DNA of 64,000 nucleotides from an uncultured Veillonellaceae bacterium. GTDB taxonomy: Bacteria > Bacillota > Negativicutes > JARBTT01. Under the pieces are notes generated by a model, which was given only the letters and a program-made list of their open reading frames with translations, did not search any database and was not told the DNA's origin. The translations under genes and the position numbers were made by a program. The stretch lies in NCBI GenBank assembly GCA_963805085.1, contig CAWDTA010000002.1, positions 1,184,001-1,248,000 of the forward strand. The letters are read 5' to 3'. Below, piece after piece: positions 9,598 to 17,939 of this stretch (positions within the stretch are counted from its first letter, which is position 1; every line of letters begins with the position of its first letter).

Positions 9598-11142
9598 TTA
9601 TATAGCCCAATCTTCGCAATTCCATACATCCGTTACAATGTCTTTGTAAAATTCTGGTTCATGACATACTAAAATTATACTGCCACTATATGCTTTTAAA
9701 GCTCGTTTAAGTTCACTTTTGGCATATACGTCCAAATGATTTGTCGGTTCATCTAAAACTAATATATTCGTTGGCTTATTAATAAGTTTGCATAGTCTGA
9801 CCTTAGCTTGTTCTCCGCCGCTTAATCTATTAAAGGGGCTTTCTATATGTTTTCTAGTTAAGCCGCATTGCGCTAAGTTACGCCTTACTTCGCTTTGAGT
9901 AGAATCCGGAAATTTGAACCAAACGTCATCTAATACAGTATTCGTATTATCTTCGGCAAGTTCTTGTTCAAAGTAACCGACTTCTTGATAATCCCCTAAA
10001 TTGATTTTTCCATTGATCGGCTGCAATAAACCCAGCAAGCTTTTTAGTAAAGTTGATTTTCCTAAACCATTCGCACCGACAAGTGCGATTTTTTGGTCTC
10101 TTTGCATTTTTAAGTTTAGCGATTTGCTTAAAGGTTGATGATAGCCAATGACTAAATTTTTAGCTTGGAAAATTACGCTGTCAGAGCGGCGGGCTTTTAT
10201 AAACTCAAAATGAGGTTTTATAGCTTCACTTTTGATTTCAATTCGTTCAATTTTATCTAATTTCTTTTCTCGTGATTTTGCTTGCTTGGCAGTTGAAGCC
10301 CTAGCTTTATTTTTTTGTACAAAATTTTCGAGCTTTGCAATCTCATTTTGTTGCTCCTTATATTCAATGACGAGTTGCTCTTGTTTTATGTCATGAAGCT
10401 TAAGAAAATGGTCGTAATTGCCAACATACCTTGTTAATTTTTTATGTTCAAGATGGTAAACGACATTGATTACACTATTTACAAATTCAGTATCATGAGA
10501 GATTAGTATAAAAGCATTTTCATAACTTATTAAATAATTTTTTAACCACTCAATATGCTCTTCATCCAGATGATTCGTCGGTTCATCTAGCAATAAAACA
10601 TCAGGGGTTTCTAAAAGAAGTTTAGCGAGTAGGACCTTGGTTCTTTGCCCGCCGCTTAAATTTGAGGCATCTACGTCTAAAAATTCCCGAATCCCAAGAC
10701 CTGCTGCAGTGGCTTCGATTTTTGAATCAATACCATAAAAATTATTAGCATCTAAGACATCTTGCATAGTGGAAATTTTAAGCAGTGTTTTGTTGCTCTC
10801 TTCTTCCGACATGTCGCTCAATTCATTATATAAGTCAATGATTTTTTTTTCGATATCAAATAAATTTACAAAGGCACCTTTTAAGACAGTTTCTACAGTA
10901 TTGCCATTTTTAAGGTCAACATGTTGATCCATATAGCCAATACTGATTTTACTATTCCAGTTAATGTTGCCTTCATCTGGTAATAACTGATTGGTGATGA
11001 TTTTCATAAAGGTTGATTTTCCTTCGCCATTAGCACCAATTAACGCAATATGCTCGCCTTTTAATAATCTAAAAGATACATTACTGAATATGATTCTTTC
11101 GCCAAATGAATGGCTCATATTTTCAACTGATAAAATACTCAT
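9598..11142 (-). CDS. ABC-F family ribosome-associated ATPase (YfmM-like)
   Basis: Two NBDs (GANGEGKS, GANGLGKS; LSGG; LDEPTNHLD twice), interdomain linker, no TM segments. Confidence 0.92.
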   Translation of the reverse strand: MSILSVENMSHSFGERIIFSNVSFRLLKGEHIALIGANGEGKSTFMKIITNQLLPDEGNINWNSKISIGYMDQHVDLKNGNTVETVLKGAFVNLFDIEKKIIDLYNELSDMSEEESNKTLLKISTMQDVLDANNFYGIDSKIEATAAGLGIREFLDVDASNLSGGQRTKVLLAKLLLETPDVLLLDEPTNHLDEEHIEWLKNYLISYENAFILISHDTEFVNSVINVVYHLEHKKLTRYVGNYDHFLKLHDIKQEQLVIEYKEQQNEIAKLENFVQKNKARASTAKQAKSREKKLDKIERIEIKSEAIKPHFEFIKARRSDSVIFQAKNLVIGYHQPLSKSLNLKMQRDQKIALVGANGLGKSTLLKSLLGLLQPINGKINLGDYQEVGYFEQELAEDNTNTVLDDVWFKFPDSTQSEVRRNLAQCGLTRKHIESPFNRLSGGEQAKVRLCKLINKPTNILVLDEPTNHLDVYAKSELKRALKAYSGSIILVCHEPEFYKDIVTDVWNCEDWAI

Positions 11143-11510
11143 TATTTTTTTACTTCCTTTATGGTAGGTATACTTTCAGGCACATAAAAATCACATGATA
11201 AACACTCAGATTCATTTACAATTCTGTACTATATGTGACGATATAATATGGAAAAGGTTTCTTATCAAATGTTGCTCGTGAAATGCGGAAAAGTGATCCT
11301 AAAATTTTTGTATAAAAAGTCTAAACACTCTATTATTTCACAAATCAAAAGGAAGTGTCAAGTATTATGGGTGAATTGATTTTTAAAATCTTGTTATATT
11401 TGAGATTTCCAGACTGAATGTTTGGATCTATATCAAGCTGGTTGCGAAGTTTTAAAAGTTTTATAATCACGAGCATTTTAGATTGAAGAATGGTTTTAGT
11501 TTTAGAACGC

Positions 11511-11546
11511 AGAAAAAATGCTTTTGAGGAAAGCCTCAAAAGCATT
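11511..11546 (-). terminator. Intrinsic terminator downstream of the DUF6506-like gene
   Basis: Perfect 13-bp stem AATGCTTTTGAGG/CCTCAAAAGCATT with an A-run on + (U-run on -). Confidence 0.7.
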
Positions 11547-11685
11547 GATTTTTCTATGAAGTTGATAATAGGATTCGACACGATGGCGTGCTAATTGCGA
11601 ATAAGTTCTCTACCAACGAATTTTGCATTTTATACAGTACTGTTACTTTGCCTAGGCACTTATGAAGTAATTGCGATACATACTT

Positions 11686-11991
11686 TTATTGGAAAAGGTC
11701 ATCACCGCTTTTGTGATCAAAACCTGGATGGCTGTCAAATCTGACAACGCCTACGACGGCTTTGCCTTGTACTGCATTTTTAATCTTTGCAACACCCTCA
11801 ACGCCAAATCCAGCGCAAAGTTCAATGGCTTCAACACTTTGTGCCACTAAATCTTTGGCAACAGTTACTGCTTCTTGGTAGTTCTTTACGCCGACGGTAT
11901 GTAATTGAACAACTGGAGCATTAATAACTGCGTTGTGAATGTTAGAATCCGTTTCTGGAGCGATAAAAATAAATGCCGCTTTAAAAGCCAT
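11686..11991 (-). CDS. Small conserved protein (DUF6506-like)
   Basis: AAFIF..IELCAGFG..VGVVRF pattern; GAGAGGA RBS before ATG 11991. Confidence 0.7.
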   Translation of the reverse strand: MAFKAAFIFIAPETDSNIHNAVINAPVVQLHTVGVKNYQEAVTVAKDLVAQSVEAIELCAGFGVEGVAKIKNAVQGKAVVGVVRFDSHPGFDHKSGDDLFQ

Positions 11992-12057
11992 AAAAATCAT
12001 TCCTCTCAATATTAAAAGTAGTGAATATACGATTGAATTCACTGCCTATATAATATA

Positions 12058-12864
12058 TCAATCAGTTAGTTTTTCATTGTAAAAATGCGACATGAAATTT
12101 TCATCTTGTAGAAAAGCAGAGGGGTATTCACCAACGTTGTTTCTAAACTCTTTGATGAAATGTGATTGATCATAATAGCCATTTGCTAATGCAAGGTCTA
12201 AGTAATGCTTATTTTTATGGAGTAATAAATTTTTTACTACGGATTCAAAACGAGCAATTCGTTGAAAAGTTTTAGGGCTAACACCTACGGATTCTTTTAG
12301 CTTTCGCTGAAATTGCCGATCACTAATAAATAAATCGCGGCTAATATCTTTTAATTTGATCGTATTATACTGATAGAGTACATTTTTAACCGCCATATCT
12401 ACCCATTGTTCTGATCGGTGATATTTTTCGAGAAATTCCATGAGGAAGCTCTCGATGATCCTGATCCGTTCTTCTAGAGTTCTTGCCCCGATGATTAATT
12501 GCTCAAACTCATAACCTTTTCCGCCCCAGAGGTTTTTGATATCGATAAAAGAATCAATTAAATCGTTGCTTGCTTCATTACAAAAATGTCGAAAAGCTCC
12601 AGCTCGAAATCGTACAGCGATAAACCCTACGCGGTTAGTTGGTCTTAAAGGATAGAAGCCATAGCGAGGCGATATAATATGGCAATTTGGTAATAGATTT
12701 TCGTCGGTCGGAGTTAGGAGAACTGGTGGTTGATGATAATGAAACATTAATTCAGTTCCCGTACCTGGCAGAAGTTTTGGTAAGTCCTGTTCGTCCTCCC
12801 ACAACCAATAACGGCTGATATACTGTCGTAAGCATGTATTCGGTTTTAAATTCCATACTTTCAT
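12058..12864 (-). CDS. AraC family regulator with DUF6597-like N-terminal domain
   Basis: C-terminal SDRQFQR..VGVSPK..GYYDQSHFIKEF double HTH. Confidence 0.9.
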   Translation of the reverse strand: MKVWNLKPNTCLRQYISRYWLWEDEQDLPKLLPGTGTELMFHYHQPPVLLTPTDENLLPNCHIISPRYGFYPLRPTNRVGFIAVRFRAGAFRHFCNEASNDLIDSFIDIKNLWGGKGYEFEQLIIGARTLEERIRIIESFLMEFLEKYHRSEQWVDMAVKNVLYQYNTIKLKDISRDLFISDRQFQRKLKESVGVSPKTFQRIARFESVVKNLLLHKNKHYLDLALANGYYDQSHFIKEFRNNVGEYPSAFLQDENFMSHFYNEKLTD

Positions 12865-12895
12865 AAACTAACCTCTGATATGTATTGCTTATTTT

Positions 12896-13732
12896 TTAAT
12901 TATTAATCTTTCTAGCAATAATATAATTCATTGCATGTTGATGAAAAATATTAGCTGAATTACAATCAATAATTTGTTCTTCGCACTGAAGGATTTCCCA
13001 ATCGTGATAGTATCGAGCTAAGTCGCCAGATATATAAAAAAATTCGTTTTTCTCCCAATCAGGTGCAGCTTTAATAAATGGTTTTTCGACGAAGACTAGA
13101 TGTGCATTTAACCCACCAATGCAGGTATGTCTCTTATATTTTTCAAAGTGATTTTGCCGTTGATCTAGCGGTAAAAATTGCAGTGAACCAATAGAATAAA
13201 TCACATCATAAAGAGTAGTTAGTTCATAGCCAATCATATTAGCGTGAATGACATTTACTCTGCACCCGGCAGACTGACTATACTGTATTATTTTTTCTAT
13301 ACCAGGTACAGAAATTTCTAATGAATCTACATTAAAACCGCACTTAGAAAAATAAACCGAATCTCTACCTTCGCCGCTACCAATATCTAATAAGGGTTTG
13401 TCTTGCTGAACTTCATCCTGCATGATTTTCACAACTTGTTCAGCAAGCTCGGAATGCTTTAGTCCCCAATAATATTCCTCTTTCGTATATTCACTATCAT
13501 ATGGACTTGGTTTTTCTATTGAATTATTTCCAGTAAGCAACTTGTCAATGGATACATCTAGTACCTTTGCCAATAAAGGCAACAGTGCTGTATCTGGTAA
13601 AGCATTGCTGTTTTCCCATTTAGAAATCGCTTGTGGAGTAACATTTAAAAGTACGCTCATTTGTTCTTGCGTATAGCCTTTTTCTTTTCGCAATAATGTA
13701 ATTCGTTGCCCAATTTTATTATCGATCATCAT
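12896..13732 (-). CDS. XRE/HTH_3 domain fused to a class I SAM-dependent methyltransferase (TehB-like)
   Basis: N-terminal LRKEKGYTQE..VTPQAISKWE; C-terminal LLDIGSGEGRD motif I. Confidence 0.88.
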   Translation of the reverse strand: MMIDNKIGQRITLLRKEKGYTQEQMSVLLNVTPQAISKWENSNALPDTALLPLLAKVLDVSIDKLLTGNNSIEKPSPYDSEYTKEEYYWGLKHSELAEQVVKIMQDEVQQDKPLLDIGSGEGRDSVYFSKCGFNVDSLEISVPGIEKIIQYSQSAGCRVNVIHANMIGYELTTLYDVIYSIGSLQFLPLDQRQNHFEKYKRHTCIGGLNAHLVFVEKPFIKAAPDWEKNEFFYISGDLARYYHDWEILQCEEQIIDCNSANIFHQHAMNYIIARKINN

Positions 13733-13775
13733 AACAGAAAACTTCCTTTTTATATAGTTCAGCGCTGATATTACT

Positions 13776-13874
13776 ATTGTAGCCTTGGTTACTAGCGAAG
13801 TCTACCAAATATTAGTTGTAGTGAACGTAGGTAAGTCAACCAATAGTTGAGCTTAAGCTATCAAAATGTAGTTG
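13776..13874 (-). promoter_or_regulatory. SigmaA promoter of the XRE-methyltransferase gene plus three 13-bp operator-like repeats
   Basis: Minus strand TAGACT (13804-13799), 17 bp, TACAAT (13781-13776); CAA(A/C)nnnTAGTTG at 13806, 13837 and 13862. Confidence 0.65.
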
Positions 13875-13917
13875 AGTCTATCTGCTATAAAAATAGCACC
13901 CTGTTTTCTGAAATCAT

Positions 13918-14316
13918 CTAGATATTAGTATCATTAACACTTATATTTCTTGAGTTGAAGACTTTTTTTGCAACACCAACAGCATTTAAAACTCTTGGGA
14001 AGCCAGTGTAAGGGATGCATTGAATAAAGACTTCAATTATTTTTTGTGGAGTAATCCCAACGTTTAGTGCGCCGTTGATATGCACATCTAGCTGAGTTTC
14101 ACAGCCACCTAATGTTGCTAAACTTGATAATGTGATAAGTTCTCTTTCTTGTAAATTTAAGTTTTCTCGGCAGTAGATATCACCAAAAGCGAACTCGACA
14201 ATATATTTTCCTAAATCAGGGGCAATGTCCCCAAGCGCTGCAATTACTTTTTCTCCGGCAGTACCATCTACCTCTGCTAGTTTTTCTAGACCTTTTTCAA
14301 AACGATTTAATTCCAT
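13918..14316 (-). CDS. Carboxymuconolactone decarboxylase (CMD/AhpD-like) family protein
   Basis: FAFGDIY.RE.L..RELIT, QLDVHINGAL, PYTGFP. Confidence 0.9.
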   Translation of the reverse strand: MELNRFEKGLEKLAEVDGTAGEKVIAALGDIAPDLGKYIVEFAFGDIYCRENLNLQERELITLSSLATLGGCETQLDVHINGALNVGITPQKIIEVFIQCIPYTGFPRVLNAVGVAKKVFNSRNISVNDTNI

Positions 14317-14347
14317 TGTTATGACCTCCTGTATTTGTTATAATTGC

Positions 14348-14378
14348 ATTGTAACTCTTAAAGCTAACTTTAAGTCAA
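14348..14378 (-). promoter_or_regulatory. MerR-type 19-bp-spacer promoter with AdhR/NmlR-like operator
   Basis: Minus strand TTGACT-N19-TACAAT; dyad CTTAAAG-N4-CTTTAAG at 14357-14374. Confidence 0.88.
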
Positions 14379-14390
14379 GGAGAATTTTAA

Positions 14391-14750
14391 ATGAATTATT
14401 CTATCGGACAATTTTCTAATATAACCAATATAAGTTCGCCTACATTACGGTATTATGAAAAAGAGCAACTGCTTGTGACTAACCGAGATTCAATAGGGAG
14501 ACGGTTTTATACAAAAGAAGATATTGCTTGGATTTTATTTATTAAAAAGCTAAAAGATACTGGAATGTCGATAAAAGAGATTAGAGAGTATGCAATCCTC
14601 AGATATCAAGGGGATTCCACAATAAAGCAGCGACTCGAAATACTAGAGAAGCACAAAGCCTTTGTAATGGAAGAAAAAGCGAAGTGGGAGCGCAATCTGA
14701 AAAATTTGGATGAGAAAATTGAAATATATAAAAATAGGTTAAATATGTAG
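14391..14750 (+). CDS. MerR family regulator (AdhR/NmlR-like)
   Basis: YSIGQFS..TLRYYEKE..GRRFY; TGMSIKEI. Confidence 0.92.
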   Translation: MNYSIGQFSNITNISSPTLRYYEKEQLLVTNRDSIGRRFYTKEDIAWILFIKKLKDTGMSIKEIREYAILRYQGDSTIKQRLEILEKHKAFVMEEKAKWERNLKNLDEKIEIYKNRLNM

Positions 14751-14808
14751 CAAGAATAAAAGCAGTAAAACGTTTTTAATTGACTGACATAAATGGAGAT
14801 GATACAGA

Positions 14809-15390
14809 ATGAAAGTTGTTGGGATTAATGGGAGCCCTCGTAAGGATGGTAATACGGCAATATTGATTCAAACCGTGTTTAATGAGTTGAATCGTCAGGG
14901 GATTGAGACGGAATTGATTTCTTTGTCTAGCAAAAATATAAGAGGCTGCATAGCCTGTAGAGTCTGTCTAAAAAATAAGAATCAGCAATGCGTGATCAAT
15001 AATGATGATTTCAATGCTTGCTTGGAAAAGATGATCGCTGCCGATGGGATTATTCTTGGTTCACCAGTGTACTCTGCCGGTGTAACTTCGCAGATTAAGG
15101 CGCTGATTGATCGGGCTAGTATCGTATTAGCAGCAAATAAAGGCTTATTAAAGTATAAAGTTGGTGCAGTGGTAGTTGCAGCTCGCCGAGGCGGGGCAAT
15201 GAGTGCGTTTGATACTTTACATCATTTTTTGCATAGTAAAGAAATGTTTCTCGTTGGGTCAAGTTACTGGAATATGGTCTATGGCAATGAGATTGGTGAA
15301 GTCAAGCAAGACCAAGAAGGCATGAACAATATGAAGAATCTTGGTGAAAATATGGCTTGGTTATTAAAAAAGATTCATGGGATTTCATGA
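14809..15390 (+). CDS. Iron-sulfur flavoprotein / flavodoxin-like FMN reductase
   Basis: GSPRKDGNT, CIACRVC-x6-C, GSPVY, RRGG. Confidence 0.9.
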   Translation: MKVVGINGSPRKDGNTAILIQTVFNELNRQGIETELISLSSKNIRGCIACRVCLKNKNQQCVINNDDFNACLEKMIAADGIILGSPVYSAGVTSQIKALIDRASIVLAANKGLLKYKVGAVVVAARRGGAMSAFDTLHHFLHSKEMFLVGSSYWNMVYGNEIGEVKQDQEGMNNMKNLGENMAWLLKKIHGIS

Positions 15391-15414
15391 ACTTATGCAA
15401 AAAGGGCACTAATG

Positions 15415-15470
15415 AAATAAGCCGAGAATATCTTCGAATTAAGAAGATATTCTCGGCTTATTTATTTTTT
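15415..15470. terminator. Bidirectional terminator
   Basis: Perfect 21-bp stem 15415-15435/15443-15463 between convergent genes. Confidence 0.8.
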
Positions 15471-15480
15471 TGAGAGTGCG

Positions 15481-15966
15481 TTATTTTGCATCGTTCGCAG
15501 CGGGAGCGTCGTTGATGTTGTCCACGCGTTTTAAAGGATTTAACCAAAGACCATCCACGTAGATTTGGCCATCTTTTTGGATAAAGACACTGCTAACTAA
15601 TATAGGATCATTTCCTTGAGAAAATTTGCATTTATAGGAAACGGTAATATAGCCGTCTCTTATATCAATATTAGTGAATTCCATGGAAACATAGTCCCCC
15701 AGCTTAGATTTAATGGCTGTAGTAACGTCTTTGAATTTTGCTTCTGTCATTGCGTCTTTCATTTGTGGACTGAAATCTTTACTGTATTGACTATAGTTAC
15801 CATCATTAAACCGTAAAAGCATATTTTTTGTAGCTGGATCAGCAAACTTCCTGATTTCTTCAGTATAGTTCCAAGTGTTTTGGGTCTCGGCAGCTTGCTT
15901 TTTCGCAAAACAAGTAGGTGCGATGCAAACTAACATAATTGCTACGATGACAAAGACTTTTTTCAT
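15481..15966 (-). CDS. Exported protein, DUF3887-like
   Basis: MKKVFVIVAIML signal peptide; FSPQMK..KLGDY..GLW pattern. Confidence 0.7.
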   Translation of the reverse strand: MKKVFVIVAIMLVCIAPTCFAKKQAAETQNTWNYTEEIRKFADPATKNMLLRFNDGNYSQYSKDFSPQMKDAMTEAKFKDVTTAIKSKLGDYVSMEFTNIDIRDGYITVSYKCKFSQGNDPILVSSVFIQKDGQIYVDGLWLNPLKRVDNINDAPAANDAK

Positions 15967-16132
15967 TATAATAGATTCCCCGCTTTCGTTTGTGGTTTGT
16001 AATTGTTGGTCATACAAATTTATTCATCATTTTGTTATTAAAGTGACACGTTTCACTATAGTAGATATCAAAGTCTTACTTAATATAATACAGTAAAGTG
16101 CTTTAGAAAAATAGCTTTTATTCAAATTTTCT

Positions 16133-16717
16133 CTACTGCATTTCGAATGTATCCAGAATACTGACAATAAAAGCTTTCATCGCAGGAGAAATCCATTCTT
16201 CTTTGTGATAGATAAGTTGGACTTTAATATTAAACGGTGCCCCAATCCAAGGTAATGCAACTAATTGCTGGTTTGCAAGTTCTTCTTTAACTGCGATATG
16301 CGGCAAAAAACCGATTCCCCAGCCATCAGAAACAAATTTTTTTATAACTTCGTTGCTACTTATTCCTAATGTGGAGGATGGCTTTGCACCTGCTTGCGCA
16401 AGAATGCTTTCTAAAATTCGACGATAGTTGCAGCCATCTTGGGTCAAAATTAACGACTGACCATTTAGATCATGGGGCGTAAGTTGAGCTTTGTTTGCTA
16501 GCGGGTGTTTTGGCGATGATATTATGGCCATAGGTTCGTCAACAAGAATATGTGAAATAAGATCAGGCTCATTGCATGGTACGTCAAGAAAGCATACGAT
16601 ATCAATGATATTTTTTCTAAGACTTGCTCGATAGTCAATGCAGGTATCAAAGCGAATGTCAATTTCTATGTTAGGATAACGCGAACGAAACATGGTGAGA
16701 ACTTCAGATAGACAATG
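16133..16717 (-). pseudogene. LysR regulator remnant (substrate-binding domain only, HTH deleted)
   Basis: LTMFRSRYPNIEI...HPLA..GWGIGFLP; homology stops near 16717 with no HTH or RBS. Confidence 0.8.
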
Positions 16718-17127
16718 TGGTTCCTGTACCGGCATCAGAACCTTATGAATACTGGAATGAAAGTAGGCGACATGGACAAGGCATATTGTCGCTAAAGCAT
16801 GCAGTTGTGCGGGCGGGATTGGGGAGCATGGGGAAAAATACGCTTCTTGTCAACACACAATTCGGGAATATGATTTTGTTAGGTGCGGTTCTTAGCAGTA
16901 AAGAAGTTGAACCAGATAAGATGGCAAATGATCAGGCATGTATACCAGGCTGTCGGATTTGCCTAGACAATTGCCCGGCTAGTGCATTGGATGGCAATAC
17001 TATTGAGCAGAGCAAATGTCGAAGTGTTTGTGGAAAAACGACGGAGGGTGGTGGCTTTGTATATAGTTGTAATTTGTGCAGAACACTCTGCCTTCATAAA
17101 CAAGGGGGAAAGTCGGTAGCACGCTAG
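16717..17127 (+). pseudogene. 5'-truncated epoxyqueuosine reductase-like (QueG family) 2x[4Fe-4S] protein
   Basis: SLKHAVVRAGLGSMGKNTLL, CxxCxxCxxxCP and CxxC motifs; N-terminal half and RBS missing. Confidence 0.75.
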
Positions 17128-17145
17128 AAAATAACGTTGCATTTT

Positions 17146-17385
17146 CTAGCATCTTTGAATTGGCATAACACTGATTATTTGCTGACAACGGACAAAAGCA
17201 ATGCCATATTTAATTTGCAAGGCGATGTGATCATGCTCGACAGCTAGCAATTTTCCATAGAGTTCTTTGCGCGTCGTTTCAACGACGACTTCCATTCCAA
17301 TCATTGCACCCAATCTTTTTAACCAAGATGGTTCAACAGGAGTAATCATTTCAGGTTGTTGAAATTCATGTTCGTCTGAAGACAA
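17146..17385 (-). CDS. DUF2642/YuzF-like small protein (probably spore-associated)
   Basis: IG.EVVVETTR..L.GKL.AV..DHI pattern; GAAGGAAAGG RBS, TTG start. Confidence 0.7.
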   Translation of the reverse strand: MSSDEHEFQQPEMITPVEPSWLKRLGAMIGMEVVVETTRKELYGKLLAVEHDHIALQIKYGIAFVRCQQIISVMPIQRC

Positions 17386-17670
17386 GACCTTTCCTTCTTT
17401 CGTAAAAGAGTTTATTACAGTCTATGTTACAATGATGGAGTTGTTTCAATTATTCTGGCTAGTTCGTAGCGTAGAAAATACAGGGATACAAGGAGCAGAT
17501 CTTTCTATATGGAATAATATACTAAAATTTGATCGTAGCAGATTTCATAAGTTTAAAAGTATAAGAAGTTTTACAAATTATGATAATGATACCAGACAAT
17601 AAAAAGAGTTGATAATGCTAGTTTAATTATGTATAATTCCCTTATATATTTTGGGCTGTTGTATAATTGA

Positions 17671-17718
17671 ATTATAGAGTAAAGGCAGGTTCTCGTGAAC
17701 CTGCCTTTACTCTATAAT
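17671..17718. repeat. Perfect 22-bp inverted repeat in a divergent intergenic region
   Basis: ATTATAGAGTAAAGGCAGGTTC-tcgt-GAACCTGCCTTTACTCTATAAT. Confidence 0.85.
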
Positions 17719-17900
17719 GATCGTTTTGTAGCAATCGATTATTATAGAATCAAAATATGTAAGACTAAAAATTAAAAGGAGATGACAAATGTAAGAATAG
17801 TAAGAATTTAATTATATATGTAAATATAATCATAAAAATATGTAAATGATTATATTCAGAAAACATTGAAAAATAAGTTTCTTTACAAACTTACTTTTGT

Positions 17901-17917
17901 TTGGCATGCAGCTTGCA
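17901..17917 (+). promoter_or_regulatory. Sigma54 (-24/-12) promoter
   Basis: TTGGCATGCAGCTTGCA: GG-N10-GC, just upstream of the GGAGGG RBS. Confidence 0.85.
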
Positions 17918-17939
17918 TTATATAAAAGCAGGAGGGCGA

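Noticed and set aside
11345-11581. 78-aa ORF on the minus strand
   Set aside because: Runs through a terminator hairpin; no RBS or family signal
11583-11599. Sigma54-like GG-N10-GC element (ATGGCGTGCTAATTGCG)
   Set aside because: Mismatches at conserved positions and no downstream gene on the + strand; may be chance
17776-17811. AAGGAG followed by ATG-TAA start-stop, or the mini-ORF MTNVRIVRI
   Set aside because: Lies upstream of the sigma54 promoter and coincides with the ATGTAA repeats; more simply explained as a DNA site
17901-17939. TTG start proposed by the ORF track for the activator
   Set aside because: This sequence is the -24/-12 promoter; the RBS points to ATG 17940/17943
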